Shown here piece by piece: positions 48,415 through 57,385 of a DNA stretch of 64,000 nt. Below the pieces are notes generated by a model, which did no database searches, was not told the origin of the DNA, and was given only the letters and a program-made list of their open reading frames with translations. Positions within the stretch are counted from its first letter, which is position 1, and every line of letters begins with the position of its first letter. This DNA is from an uncultured Pseudomonadota bacterium. Its GTDB lineage: Bacteria > Oederibacteriota > Muellerivitia > Muellerivitales > Muellerivitaceae. The stretch lies in NCBI GenBank assembly GCA_963770835.1, contig CAVYRH010000007.1:32001-96000 (forward strand). The letters run 5' to 3'. The translations under genes and the position numbers were made by a program.

Positions 48415-50322
48415 ATGGAAAGTTTTCAAGAATTGGATTTGCCCGAGTTTTTAAGGCATTCCCTGCATCAGATGAATTTCGAGAAGCCCATGCCCGTCCA
48501 GGCGCAGGCTATCCCATTGGCATTGGAAGGGAAGGATGTCATCGCTTCCGCCCAAACCGGAACGGGGAAAACCGCCGCTTTCGGCATCCCCCTTTTGACC
48601 TACCTGGAAAAGAACAAGGACAAGACGGCGCTGGTGCTGACCCCCACGCGCGAGCTGGCCGTGCAGGTGTTGGAGGTTTTACGCAAGCTTACCGGAACCC
48701 ATCACGTGGGCGGGTCCGTTCTTTTGATCGGCGGGGCCAATATGAGCACCCAATTCAGCCAGCTTACCCGTAAGCCCCGGCTGATCATCGGCACGCCGGG
48801 CCGGGTCATTGACCATTTGAACCGGGGTTCCCTGGTTCTTTCCTCCAACGGCTTTTTGGTTTTGGACGAGGCGGACCGGATGCTGGACATGGGTTTCGCC
48901 CCGCAATTGGATGAAATCCGCAAGCGCTTGGCGGGACACCGCCAGACACTTCTTTTCTCGGCGACCATCCCCCCCAACATCCAGCAAATGGCGTCCAAAT
49001 ACCTGAAGGACCCGGTCCGCATCACCATCGGTTCCACCACCCAGCCCATCCAGAAGATTGTCCAAAAGGTGCTCTATACCACCGAGGCCAAAAAACCCGA
49101 GGAGCTTTCCAGTGAGCTTAAGGAAAGGCAGGGTTCCATCCTGATCTTCGCCCGCACCCAGCACCGCGTGGACCGCATCATGAACCGCCTCAAGGACGAA
49201 GGCGTGAAGGTCACCCGCATCCACGGGGGCCGCACCCAATCCCAGCGGCGCCAGGCGATCGATCAGTTCCGGGAAGGGAAGTTCCTGGTCCTGGTGGCCA
49301 CGGACATCGCGGCCCGGGGGCTGGATATACACCATATCGCCCATGTCATCAACTACGACCTGCCGAAGAACCCGGAGGACTACATCCACCGCGTGGGCCG
49401 CACAGCGCGCGCGGGCGCCGAGGGCGAATCCCTGTGTTTCCTCACTCCTGAGGACATGGACTTGTGGAGGAGGATCCTCAAGTTGATGAACGTGACGAAG
49501 GAATCCATCCCGGTGAAGCCTTCCCGGTTCGGGTTTACGGCTCCCAAGGAAGAATCAGCTCAAAAACAACACGCTCCACGGCCCGCATCCCATGGACGTC
49601 CCCCGCAGGGGCATGGAAGGCCCCAAGGAGGCCGGAATGAAGCCCGGCCCCAAGGCCAAGGCGGATTCAAGCCTTCCTATTCCAGGCCGCCCCAAAGGCG
49701 CCAAGAAGGCTGGGGTGTCGGTCACAAGGATTCCCAATCCAGGGATTTCCATCAAAAAAATCGCCATCCGGATGGACGGCATCAGCAAAGGTCGGAACAG
49801 CACCGGGACAAGTTTCAAAGGCCCCAGGAAGGCTCCCGGGATAACACTCCCTTCAATGAAGCCGATGAGAAGCAACCCATGTCGAACGAATCCCGCAATT
49901 GGGCGAAACCGGAAGGTTTTATCCAGCGAATCGGGAGAAAGTTCATGGGCGGGGACCGGCCCCGGAACTCGAACCGGAACTTTCGGGATGACCGCCAGGG
50001 TTTTAGGAAAGAAGGCGGGTTCGGTGGCGGCGCAGGAAAGCCCCATCAGAGGCCGTCGCAGGGACAGCATCCGCACCGCTTTGAGAAACGTCCAGGGGAA
50101 CAGCGGCCTTTTTCCGGGGAGCATCGCAGCCGTCCGGATAGCGGATTCGGTGGCGGCTCAGGCACCCCCCATCGCAGGCCCGAAGGGGAACATCGGAATC
50201 GGGAGTATCGTCCGGAAGGTGGCAACCGGCCCCAGCGGCCGGGAGGCAACTTCCGCCCCAAGGGCGGGTTCAAGCGGCCCAGCGAGGGAAACTCCAGGCC
50301 CGGCGGTTTTCGTCCCCGCTAA
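48415..50322 (+). CDS. DEAD-box RNA helicase with long R/G/P/Q-rich disordered tail
   Basis: Q-motif, AQTGTGKT, PTRELA, TPGR, DEAD, SAT, ARGLD, HRVGRTAR. Confidence 0.96.
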   Translation: MESFQELDLPEFLRHSLHQMNFEKPMPVQAQAIPLALEGKDVIASAQTGTGKTAAFGIPLLTYLEKNKDKTALVLTPTRELAVQVLEVLRKLTGTHHVGGSVLLIGGANMSTQFSQLTRKPRLIIGTPGRVIDHLNRGSLVLSSNGFLVLDEADRMLDMGFAPQLDEIRKRLAGHRQTLLFSATIPPNIQQMASKYLKDPVRITIGSTTQPIQKIVQKVLYTTEAKKPEELSSELKERQGSILIFARTQHRVDRIMNRLKDEGVKVTRIHGGRTQSQRRQAIDQFREGKFLVLVATDIAARGLDIHHIAHVINYDLPKNPEDYIHRVGRTARAGAEGESLCFLTPEDMDLWRRILKLMNVTKESIPVKPSRFGFTAPKEESAQKQHAPRPASHGRPPQGHGRPQGGRNEARPQGQGGFKPSYSRPPQRRQEGWGVGHKDSQSRDFHQKNRHPDGRHQQRSEQHRDKFQRPQEGSRDNTPFNEADEKQPMSNESRNWAKPEGFIQRIGRKFMGGDRPRNSNRNFRDDRQGFRKEGGFGGGAGKPHQRPSQGQHPHRFEKRPGEQRPFSGEHRSRPDSGFGGGSGTPHRRPEGEHRNREYRPEGGNRPQRPGGNFRPKGGFKRPSEGNSRPGGFRPR

Positions 50323-50326
50323 GACT

Positions 50327-50566
50327 TTAATCGGGGAATACAGCCAGCTTGAATTTCATGCAATCATTCGGAAAAGGAAAATCTGGGCATTTTAAGCAGG
50401 ATTCGATTCCTTTTTCGATGACGCATTTCCTTGCGCCGCAATTGCCGTTCGCTTCGGTATTTCGACAACCCTGGCATTTTTTCTTTAGGTAGGTGGCGCA
50501 GGCGCCGCAGTAGAGCCCGCAACAAGACAACATACTTGAATCAACGCCAATTAGACCCATGGCCAA
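50327..50566 (-). CDS. Small Cys-rich protein (DUF3795-like)
   Basis: CCGLYCGAC...CQGC...C..RKC...C..C.DFP; GAGG RBS. Confidence 0.75.
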   Translation of the reverse strand: MAMGLIGVDSSMLSCCGLYCGACATYLKKKCQGCRNTEANGNCGARKCVIEKGIESCLKCPDFPFPNDCMKFKLAVFPD

Positions 50567-50659
50567 TACCTCGTTTTAGGGATAAGGCACTTTAAACGGG
50601 TGGGTCAGGGGCCAATATGATTCAAGTCAGGTACTATTCCACTATGTTTAAAGGCATTT

Positions 50660-50786
50660 GGAGAATCGTCCGGAGTGGGCAACCGGCCCCATCGGCCGGG
50701 AGGGAACTTCTGCCTCGAGGGCGGGGTTAGGCGGCCAGGTGAAGGGAATTCCAGCCCCGGCGGATTTCGTTCTCACTAAAACTTAA
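50660..50786 (+). pseudogene. Diverged duplicate of the last ~40 codons and stop of the helicase gene (copy of 50202..50329)
   Basis: Colinear alignment GNRPHRPGGNFCLEGGVRRPGEGNSSPGGFRSH* versus GNRPQRPGGNFRPKGGFKRPSEGNSRPGGFRPR*. Confidence 0.85.
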
Positions 50787-50847
50787 AAGATCAACAATTT
50801 CTATTCCGTGCCTGTCCACGACGGGTCCCCCATCGTGGACAACAGGA

Positions 50848-51216
50848 TTACTGAAAAAGCCCTTTGATTTTCAAATAAATCCAATAAGTTGACATCCCAT
50901 GCAAAATAACGAAAACCGTTATGAACAGTGCAAAGAGTTTGAACTTTTTCTCTTTGATAAGGAGAAATAAAAATTGAATTAAAAAACTGTAATATAAAAA
51001 AACTAGGCCCCAATTTAGTAACACACAAGCACTGCTATCAAAACCAGTAAGAACGTTTATCAGATGAAGAAGATAAACAAAAGGTCCGGCAAAAAAGCAT
51101 CCAAGTAGATTCAAAAATTCAGAACTTATTCCTGAATTCGTCAAGAAATAAGAAGTAGCGACTATCAACAAAGCGATGGGAAAATTCAAAATTTCTTTAA
51201 AATTAAAAACTTTCAA
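50848..51216 (-). CDS. AT-rich hypothetical membrane protein (about 4 TM)
   Basis: GGGAGG RBS before TTG51216; strongly hydrophobic; much lower GC than flanks. Confidence 0.6.
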   Translation of the reverse strand: MKVFNFKEILNFPIALLIVATSYFLTNSGISSEFLNLLGCFFAGPFVYLLHLINVLTGFDSSACVLLNWGLVFLYYSFLIQFLFLLIKEKKFKLFALFITVFVILHGMSTYWIYLKIKGLFQ

Positions 51217-51272
51217 AAACACCTCCCAATATCGTCCAACCCGGATTCCCAGCGCGGGCAATTCTTTTTCAG

Positions 51273-51842
51273 TTAAGCCTCCACCCGCTTAAGTGTGTTC
51301 TTGTCCCTATGCTCGAAGATGTTCTTCTGCCCCTTGATCTGAATGCGGGTCACTTGGTGGTAAATAAAGGTCTCCTCGTCGGGGAAAGACACCTGGATTT
51401 CGTATTCGACCGTTTGGAATTCCTTGTCGAGGAAAGGGTTGGAACAAATCCCGAAGGTCTTTGAGCCCAATTCCGCCTTGAGCTTGAACGATTTGGAATC
51501 ATGCTCCGCGTGACCACCCGCCAGGAGCGCCATGGCCCGGGGAATGGCGAGGGATTGCATCACTTGCTTGGCCTTGGGGTCCCAATGCCAGTAGCCGATT
51601 TGGTCGTGGAAGGGGAATTCCTCGCCGTGGCGGAAGACCTGTTGGTGATACCGAACCCCATAAAGTGTCTGCTCGTGGTTCATGGCGGGCAGGATATGGG
51701 TGAAGACGATGACTTCGTGATACTTGTTGTTTTCGGTGCCCCGGTCGTCCGAGGGGGCTGTGTCGTCCCCGATATCCCCCGTGAAAGTCCCCACCAAGTT
51801 CTGCAGAGGTCCTAATTCGTTCAAATCGAGTTGCTGCGCCAT
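51273..51842 (-). CDS. Nitrobindin/FABP-like (DUF1794) beta-barrel protein
   Basis: LGPLQNLVGTF.G..G.D..P, FHDQIGYW.W, ICSNPFL, FEHRDKNTL; AAGGAGG RBS. Confidence 0.8.
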   Translation of the reverse strand: MAQQLDLNELGPLQNLVGTFTGDIGDDTAPSDDRGTENNKYHEVIVFTHILPAMNHEQTLYGVRYHQQVFRHGEEFPFHDQIGYWHWDPKAKQVMQSLAIPRAMALLAGGHAEHDSKSFKLKAELGSKTFGICSNPFLDKEFQTVEYEIQVSFPDEETFIYHQVTRIQIKGQKNIFEHRDKNTLKRVEA

Positions 51843-51873
51843 GACGCCTCCTTAAAATAACGGCAACACAAGT

Positions 51874-52065
51874 TTAACCACCAAGCTCACCAAGGGCACC
51901 AAGAACAGCAAAAAAATATACCTAAACCTCCACGGTTTATTTTGATTTTATCTTTCTTGGTAAGCTTGTGCCGATTACCCACAAGATAAAATTGTGGAAA
52001 TCGATACTATACCGACCTCTATAACTGCTTTATGGAAGGTCGGCATAGTGACCTTGGTGGTTCAA
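51874..52065. repeat. CACCAAG-type palindromic element
   Basis: TTAACCACCAAGCTCACCAAGGGCACCAAGAA ... TTCTTGGT ... CTTGGTGGTTCAA with an inner hairpin at 52006-52049. Confidence 0.7.
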
Positions 52066-52086
52066 ATCGCCTTTTTAGTAGTGTGC

Positions 52087-54153
52087 TTACTTTTGCTTGA
52101 CCGCCGTAAATGGTTTCCGGTCCTGCGTCACGACGGTCTGGTAGAAGGCCAATAAGTCCTGGTATTCCTTGCCCAACGAGATAGTCCTTTGCTTCACCCC
52201 AACGTACCTTTCGTAACTCAAGGTCCCAAATTCGAGTTTGGAAGTAGCGGAAAATTCCGCGACAGGATTGCTGAGGGCCACATCCTTGGGCAGATCGCCG
52301 GCCAGGTAGCCGGGGGGCAGTTTCACGATGGTTTCGGTCTCGGAATTGAAGTTTTGGGGCACGACCACGGGCGTTTGGCGGGAATCGTGCAGGACGGAGA
52401 AAAAGTCCTCCACATCCTCGAAGACCACGGGGAAGAAAGCCATGCCACCGTCCTTGCGGAACTTGGCGTAAGAGGGAATTTGGAAGGTGTAATGAACGTC
52501 CAGGGGTTTGGAAATGTCCCTGTAGTCGCCGAAACGGTAGTCGGTGAGGGCCACTTGGGGGAAAAGGCGGGCCAAGCCCCTGTAAACCAGGTCGCGCCGC
52601 TTCTCATCGGTGGTGGCCCGAAAAAACTGGCGCAAGGCCAACTCGGAGGAACCATAGGCCAGGATATCGACCGTGCAATTCAGGTTGCCCTGGGCGTCCA
52701 GTTCCATGACGACGTCGCGGTGTTTGCGGTGGTCCTTGGCTGCAAAGGAGGGCGTCAGCTTCCAATTCAAGGGTGTGAGGACGCAAAGGGCCTTGCGGTC
52801 CAGCGCGTTGATGGGGAGTACGCCCGGTGCCGCCAGGGGTTCGGTAGGATCGACCCAAATCAAGTCCTTGCCGGAAGCTACGGCCACCAGCACCCCGTTG
52901 AACTGGGAAAGGGCGGGCAGATCGGGAATGATCTCGCCGCTGGAGGCCTGGCGGTAGAGGTAAACCAAGGGCGTTAGTTTGGCGTACCGAAGGGACAGCG
53001 TCAAAAGCATGGCCATATCGTGGGCCGTACCCTTTCCGCTTTCAATGATTTCACTCACGGGCCGGTCGGGGTTCAGGTAAACAGGCAGGCCCGTGTCCAC
53101 GAAATCGACTTTTTGCTCGATGGCGGATTTGATTTGGCCGATCCGGTCAGCCAGGGCTTCGGCCGTGTTGCTTCCGGCGTCCCCGATCAAGTCCCCCACC
53201 TTGGAAAGATCCCCGTCCAAGTACTGCCGGACCCGGATACGGTAGGGCATCACCGCTTCCTCCCAGGATCGGTTGAGGGTGAAGGCGGTGAGGGGGGCCA
53301 GGTCCTGGAGGGCGGGTTGGAAACTTTCGGAAGGCACGGGGTCTTCGGGCCCCATGGATAAGCGCACGGTTTTTTCGTGCCCCTTGGGGACCGTGGGTGC
53401 GTCCGTGGTGAAGTTTTGGGGCAGCCTCAGCCGGGCGCCGAAGAGCTCCAGGTTGGAGGGAATGTGAAGGGTTAGGTCCCTTTGAAGGGAAGGGGTGTAG
53501 TCGTTCCAACGGAACGCGAAGCTGGCCTCGGGGGCTATCGGGTGGGGTTTCTTCGGGTCCTTCATCATATCCTTGTCCACCAAAAGCGCGGAAGTTTTGG
53601 TTTCAAGGGTGTACTTCACTTCTAGGGCTTCGCCCGCCTCCAGGTCGGGAATCCGGACCGAGGTCAGTTTGGAGAGGCTTAAGGGCAGGTTTTCCTGGGG
53701 TGGGATCCATTGGGCCTGGGGTTGTTTTTCGGCGGGCGTGAAGTTCCCTTTATCGTCCAGCACATAAAGCTTCAGGGTCTGGATGGAGAGATTTTGGGAA
53801 TCCTGGTTTAGGCTGGCCAGAAGGGGCAGGGGATGGTCGGGTTTGACCCGGGCCGCCCATATCTGATGCACCGTCACCCGGAAGCTTTTGTCCGAACGCC
53901 ATTCCACCTGGGCGTCATCCTGGAGGGTCAGGGTCTTGGGCGCATCAGGGGCGGTGAAACGGGCGGCGGCTTGGGAAAGGAGGGCTTGGGTTTGGGCCTC
54001 CTCGGGGGGAAGGGGCGTGGGAGTAGGCGCCGTCGCACAGCCGGTTAAAGACAATATTAACCACCAAGGCACCAAGACACCAAGGAAAGCGAAAACCAAA
54101 GAAACAATATTTTTAGACGTTCTTGGTGTCTTGGTGTCTTGGGAGTGAAACAT
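52087..54153 (-). CDS. Lipoprotein with DUF3857/transglutaminase-like fold
   Basis: Lipobox LTGC; PDLEAG..LE..Y; GKGTAHDMAMLL; QFNGVLV; WVDPT; LPPGY..LPK; the catalytic Cys/His positions look replaced. Confidence 0.8.
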   Translation of the reverse strand: MFHSQDTKTPRTSKNIVSLVFAFLGVLVPWWLILSLTGCATAPTPTPLPPEEAQTQALLSQAAARFTAPDAPKTLTLQDDAQVEWRSDKSFRVTVHQIWAARVKPDHPLPLLASLNQDSQNLSIQTLKLYVLDDKGNFTPAEKQPQAQWIPPQENLPLSLSKLTSVRIPDLEAGEALEVKYTLETKTSALLVDKDMMKDPKKPHPIAPEASFAFRWNDYTPSLQRDLTLHIPSNLELFGARLRLPQNFTTDAPTVPKGHEKTVRLSMGPEDPVPSESFQPALQDLAPLTAFTLNRSWEEAVMPYRIRVRQYLDGDLSKVGDLIGDAGSNTAEALADRIGQIKSAIEQKVDFVDTGLPVYLNPDRPVSEIIESGKGTAHDMAMLLTLSLRYAKLTPLVYLYRQASSGEIIPDLPALSQFNGVLVAVASGKDLIWVDPTEPLAAPGVLPINALDRKALCVLTPLNWKLTPSFAAKDHRKHRDVVMELDAQGNLNCTVDILAYGSSELALRQFFRATTDEKRRDLVYRGLARLFPQVALTDYRFGDYRDISKPLDVHYTFQIPSYAKFRKDGGMAFFPVVFEDVEDFFSVLHDSRQTPVVVPQNFNSETETIVKLPPGYLAGDLPKDVALSNPVAEFSATSKLEFGTLSYERYVGVKQRTISLGKEYQDLLAFYQTVVTQDRKPFTAVKQK
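54057..54150. repeat. CACCAAG-type palindromic element inside the 5' end of the lipoprotein gene
   Basis: TTAACCACCAAGGCACCAAGACACCAAGGA ... TTCTTGGTGTCTTGGTGTCTTGGGAGTGAAA. Confidence 0.8.
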
Positions 54154-54155
54154 GT

Positions 54156-54821
54156 TTAATTTTTGTTTCCGGCGTTTTTGAGGGCCTGGACGGCTTCTTT
54201 CATGTTGGGTGCCTTGAAGACGGCTGTTGCGGCCACTAGCAAGGTGGCCCCCGCCTCCACCACCAAGGGTGCGGTCTTGGGGTTGATGCCCCCATCCACT
54301 GCGATCTCCGGTTTGAAGCCTTGCTCTTTGCACCATTTGGAGAAACGAGCGATTTTAGGCACCACGTCGGGAATAAAGGATTGGCCGGCAAAGCCGGGCC
54401 AAACCGACATGAAAAGCACGTAGTCCAGGTCCTTGACGAAGGGTTTTAAAACTTCCTCGGAAGTGGTGGGATTGACGACCATACCTGCCCGGCAGCCGTC
54501 CTGCTTGATAAGGTGGATGGTGGAAGCCGGGTTTTCGATCGCCTCCGCGTGGAAGAGGATATAGGTGGAGCCAGCCTTGATGAAATCCGGGATGTATTTA
54601 TCCGCGTTTTCAATCATTAGGTGGGTATCCATGGGGACGTTGACCTTGCCCTTGAGGCTGGCGATGACAGGGGCGCCGAAGGTGATGTTGGGCACGAAAT
54701 GGCCGTCCATGACGTCCATGTGCAGCATGTCACAACCGGCCTCGACGGCCTGTTTGGCGTTCTTGAGGAGGTCGCCGAAATCCGCGGAGAGAATGGAAGC
54801 CGAAACTTTGATGGGGGGCAT
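54156..54821 (-). CDS. rpe: Ribulose-phosphate 3-epimerase
   Basis: SILSADF, HMDVMDGHFVPNITFG, DTHLMI, MSVWPGFAGQ, VDGGI. Confidence 0.96.
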   Translation of the reverse strand: MPPIKVSASILSADFGDLLKNAKQAVEAGCDMLHMDVMDGHFVPNITFGAPVIASLKGKVNVPMDTHLMIENADKYIPDFIKAGSTYILFHAEAIENPASTIHLIKQDGCRAGMVVNPTTSEEVLKPFVKDLDYVLFMSVWPGFAGQSFIPDVVPKIARFSKWCKEQGFKPEIAVDGGINPKTAPLVVEAGATLLVAATAVFKAPNMKEAVQALKNAGNKN

Positions 54822-55094
54822 AAAAACACCTCGAACTTGGATTGGGGCCCGTATCTTAGCAAAAAGGGTTCCAACATCCTATGCAGTTTCCCAATGGCAA
54901 CAGGGCCAAGGCCCCTAAATGAAAATTGTCTCTCACCTATTTTTTGGAAAATAGATGATTTGTGGGACTATACCGATCACCTTAATTCTTAAAAGAAGAT
55001 CGGCGTGTATAACCCGCATTTTCTTGTTCGGGCTGGCTTGATTTCAATGACGGAGAATGAGGGTCGGAGAGCCTTCGACGGCAAAAAAGGCCGA

Positions 55095-56075
55095 TTACTC
55101 GATGGGTATTTCCTTCACGAACTCCTGGTTCAGGTACACCTGGGCGGAGGCCTTGCCACTGACCAAAACGTCCAACTCCACGTGGTCCTTGGGGGTTTCC
55201 ATCTTGTTGTAAATCGTTCGGGTGCCCGAACTGTCGAAGATGTCGATCTGGAGGCGCCGGGGGTTGCCCTCGGGCATGTCAAAGACGATTTTGGCGGAAC
55301 GGGTTTTCAGGCTGGGCTCGGAACTTTTGGCGCTGACCACGAAGGAGACGTCGTCTTTCTCCTGGATACGGGTGCCGGCGGGCGGGGTTTGGGAAAGGAT
55401 GGTTTCCGAATCCAGGTCGTCGTGCACCTCGCTCTTGATGTTCTGGATGGTGATGCCCGCGGGCCGCAGGGCCTTGAAGGCTTTTTCCAAGGGCTGGTTT
55501 TTCAAGTCCGGCATGATGTAACTCGGCTGGGGCGGCGCGGCGGCCACCAACAGGTTGACCTCGGTGAAAGAATCGGCCAGTTCGTCGGCGGGGGGCATTT
55601 GAGCCAGCACGGTGTCCTGCGGGTCCCCGGAAATCATGAGGGATTCGCGGCCTACCCTCAAATGGGCCCCGGCCAGGGCGATCTGGGCCTGGGGGAAAGA
55701 CATCTCGACGACCTGTGGCACCTTGACCTTGGGGTTGCCCTTGCTCAAAACCACTTCTACCGTTTGCCCCCGCTTGGCGTAGCTATTGGCCTTGGGGACT
55801 TGCTCGCTGACAAGGCCCAGTGGCACATGTTCGTCGTATTGGGAACGGGTGACCTTCAAGTGAAGACCCTTGGAGGAAATGGCCTTTTCGGCCTGGTTTT
55901 CGTCCATGCCGATGATCTTCGGCACGATCATCGGCTGGTGAAATTGGGTGTAGAGCATGGAAGCCAGGGCCGTCACCACCGTAATGCAGGTGAAGGTGCC
56001 CAAAACAACCAGTGCCCGTTTCGTAAGGTTCTTTTCCCCGGGCGTCAGCTTGATTTTTTCAAAACGCAGGTTCAT
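55095..56075 (-). CDS. Membrane-anchored triple-PASTA-domain protein
   Basis: N-terminal TM; VPKIIGM, VPQVVEM, MPDLKN repeats each followed by Q.P..G/N. Confidence 0.88.
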   Translation of the reverse strand: MNLRFEKIKLTPGEKNLTKRALVVLGTFTCITVVTALASMLYTQFHQPMIVPKIIGMDENQAEKAISSKGLHLKVTRSQYDEHVPLGLVSEQVPKANSYAKRGQTVEVVLSKGNPKVKVPQVVEMSFPQAQIALAGAHLRVGRESLMISGDPQDTVLAQMPPADELADSFTEVNLLVAAAPPQPSYIMPDLKNQPLEKAFKALRPAGITIQNIKSEVHDDLDSETILSQTPPAGTRIQEKDDVSFVVSAKSSEPSLKTRSAKIVFDMPEGNPRRLQIDIFDSSGTRTIYNKMETPKDHVELDVLVSGKASAQVYLNQEFVKEIPIE

Positions 56076-56102
56076 CCAAGCCTTCTTTGAGGCGATTTGT
56101 GA

Positions 56103-57179
56103 CTATTTAAACGCGGGCGTATTTTCGAAGCCCAATTGGCCGCAAGCTGCGGCGATGTCCACGCCCTTCCTCTCCCGCAAGAAAACCCGCATTCCCTTCG
56201 CTTTCAAGAGTGCCCGGAAGGCCATCACCTTTTCCTCACTGGGCGCATCGAAAGGCAGGGTGGGTACTGGGTTATAGCGGATCAAGTTGACCTTGCAAAG
56301 CAGATCCTTGCAGTAGTCCGCCAGTTTTTCGGCATCCTCGGGGCGGTCATTGACGTCTTTTAAAAGGATGTATTCCAAGGTGACCGGAAGGCGGCGCACG
56401 AAGGTGTATTTGCGCATCAGCTTTCGCAGCTTGTCCAGGGGGTTGGAACGGTTGATGGGCATCAGGCGGCTGCGGATTTCGGGGTCGGCGCTGTGAAGGG
56501 AAACCGCCAGCGAAACCGGCCAATCGTCCTTGATAAAGCGCGCGATGTGTTCCAAGAGGCCGGAGGTGGAAACGGTGACGCGGCGCCGGCCTAAGTTTAA
56601 CCCATCGGGGTCGTGCAGGATGCGCATGGCTTTCTCGGTGTTTTCATAGTTGTCCATGGGTTCCCCCATTCCCATGACCACTACATTGTTAAAAGAAGTG
56701 CCGGAATCCTGCTCCATGCCTACGATCTGGGCCACGATTTCGGCGGTCGTGAGGTTCTTTTGGAACTTGGGGATTCCGGTGGCGCAAAAAGTGCATTTCA
56801 TGCGGCAACCGGCCTGGGTGGAAAGGCAGGCCGTATGGCGGGAGGCTTCACCTTCCTCGTCGCGGGCCATGGGGATGAGCACGCTTTCCACCAATGCCGT
56901 TTGGCCTTTTTCATCGGGAGGCAGCTGCCAGAGGTATTTGACGGTTCCATCCTTGGATGCCTGGCGGGTATGGAGGGTGAGGGGGGAAAGGGAGGCTTTT
57001 CCCTCCAGATCCTGGCGCAGTTCCTTAGAGAGATCCGTCATTTCACCGAAACCGCGGGCGCGTTTTTGGTAAAGCCAGCGAAAGACCTGGGTGCCGACAT
57101 GGCGGGGCGAACCCCATTCGCCCAGGAGGTGGATGAGTTCGGGGCGGGTGTAATCGTAAAAGTGGACTGGGTTTTCCAA
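56103..57179 (-). CDS. rlmN: Dual-specificity RNA methyltransferase RlmN
   Basis: CLSTQAGCRMKCTFC, MGMGEP, VSTSG, AVSLH, VNLI.YN, AACGQL; start estimated at TTG57179. Confidence 0.93.
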   Translation of the reverse strand: MENPVHFYDYTRPELIHLLGEWGSPRHVGTQVFRWLYQKRARGFGEMTDLSKELRQDLEGKASLSPLTLHTRQASKDGTVKYLWQLPPDEKGQTALVESVLIPMARDEEGEASRHTACLSTQAGCRMKCTFCATGIPKFQKNLTTAEIVAQIVGMEQDSGTSFNNVVVMGMGEPMDNYENTEKAMRILHDPDGLNLGRRRVTVSTSGLLEHIARFIKDDWPVSLAVSLHSADPEIRSRLMPINRSNPLDKLRKLMRKYTFVRRLPVTLEYILLKDVNDRPEDAEKLADYCKDLLCKVNLIRYNPVPTLPFDAPSEEKVMAFRALLKAKGMRVFLRERKGVDIAAACGQLGFENTPAFK

Positions 57180-57285
57180 GTTTTTTTGTCCCGGGGATTT
57201 TTTGGAAGGGCTTAGTCTACAAAAGTTCCAATTCGCTTTAAAGATATAAACAGACCTTGTCAAAGCCAAGGTCAGGTTGTTAAAT

Positions 57286-57361
57286 ACAGTCCAAAGTTGA
57301 CAGTCGACAGTCCACAGCAAGGCTTTTGGGTCGTTGCTGCCGACGGTCGACTGTGGACTGT
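57286..57361. repeat. 7-nt-periodic inverted repeat
   Basis: ACAGTCC AAAGTTG ACAGTCG ACAGTCC ACAGC; reverse arm ACAGTCC ACAGTCG ACCGTCG GCAGC. Confidence 0.8.
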
Positions 57362-57385
57362 TAACCGCTTTTAAAGGAATTCGCA

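Noticed and set aside
54154..54336. N-terminal extension of the transglutaminase-like ORF
   Set aside because: Overlaps rpe in another frame; ATG54153 directly follows the rpe stop
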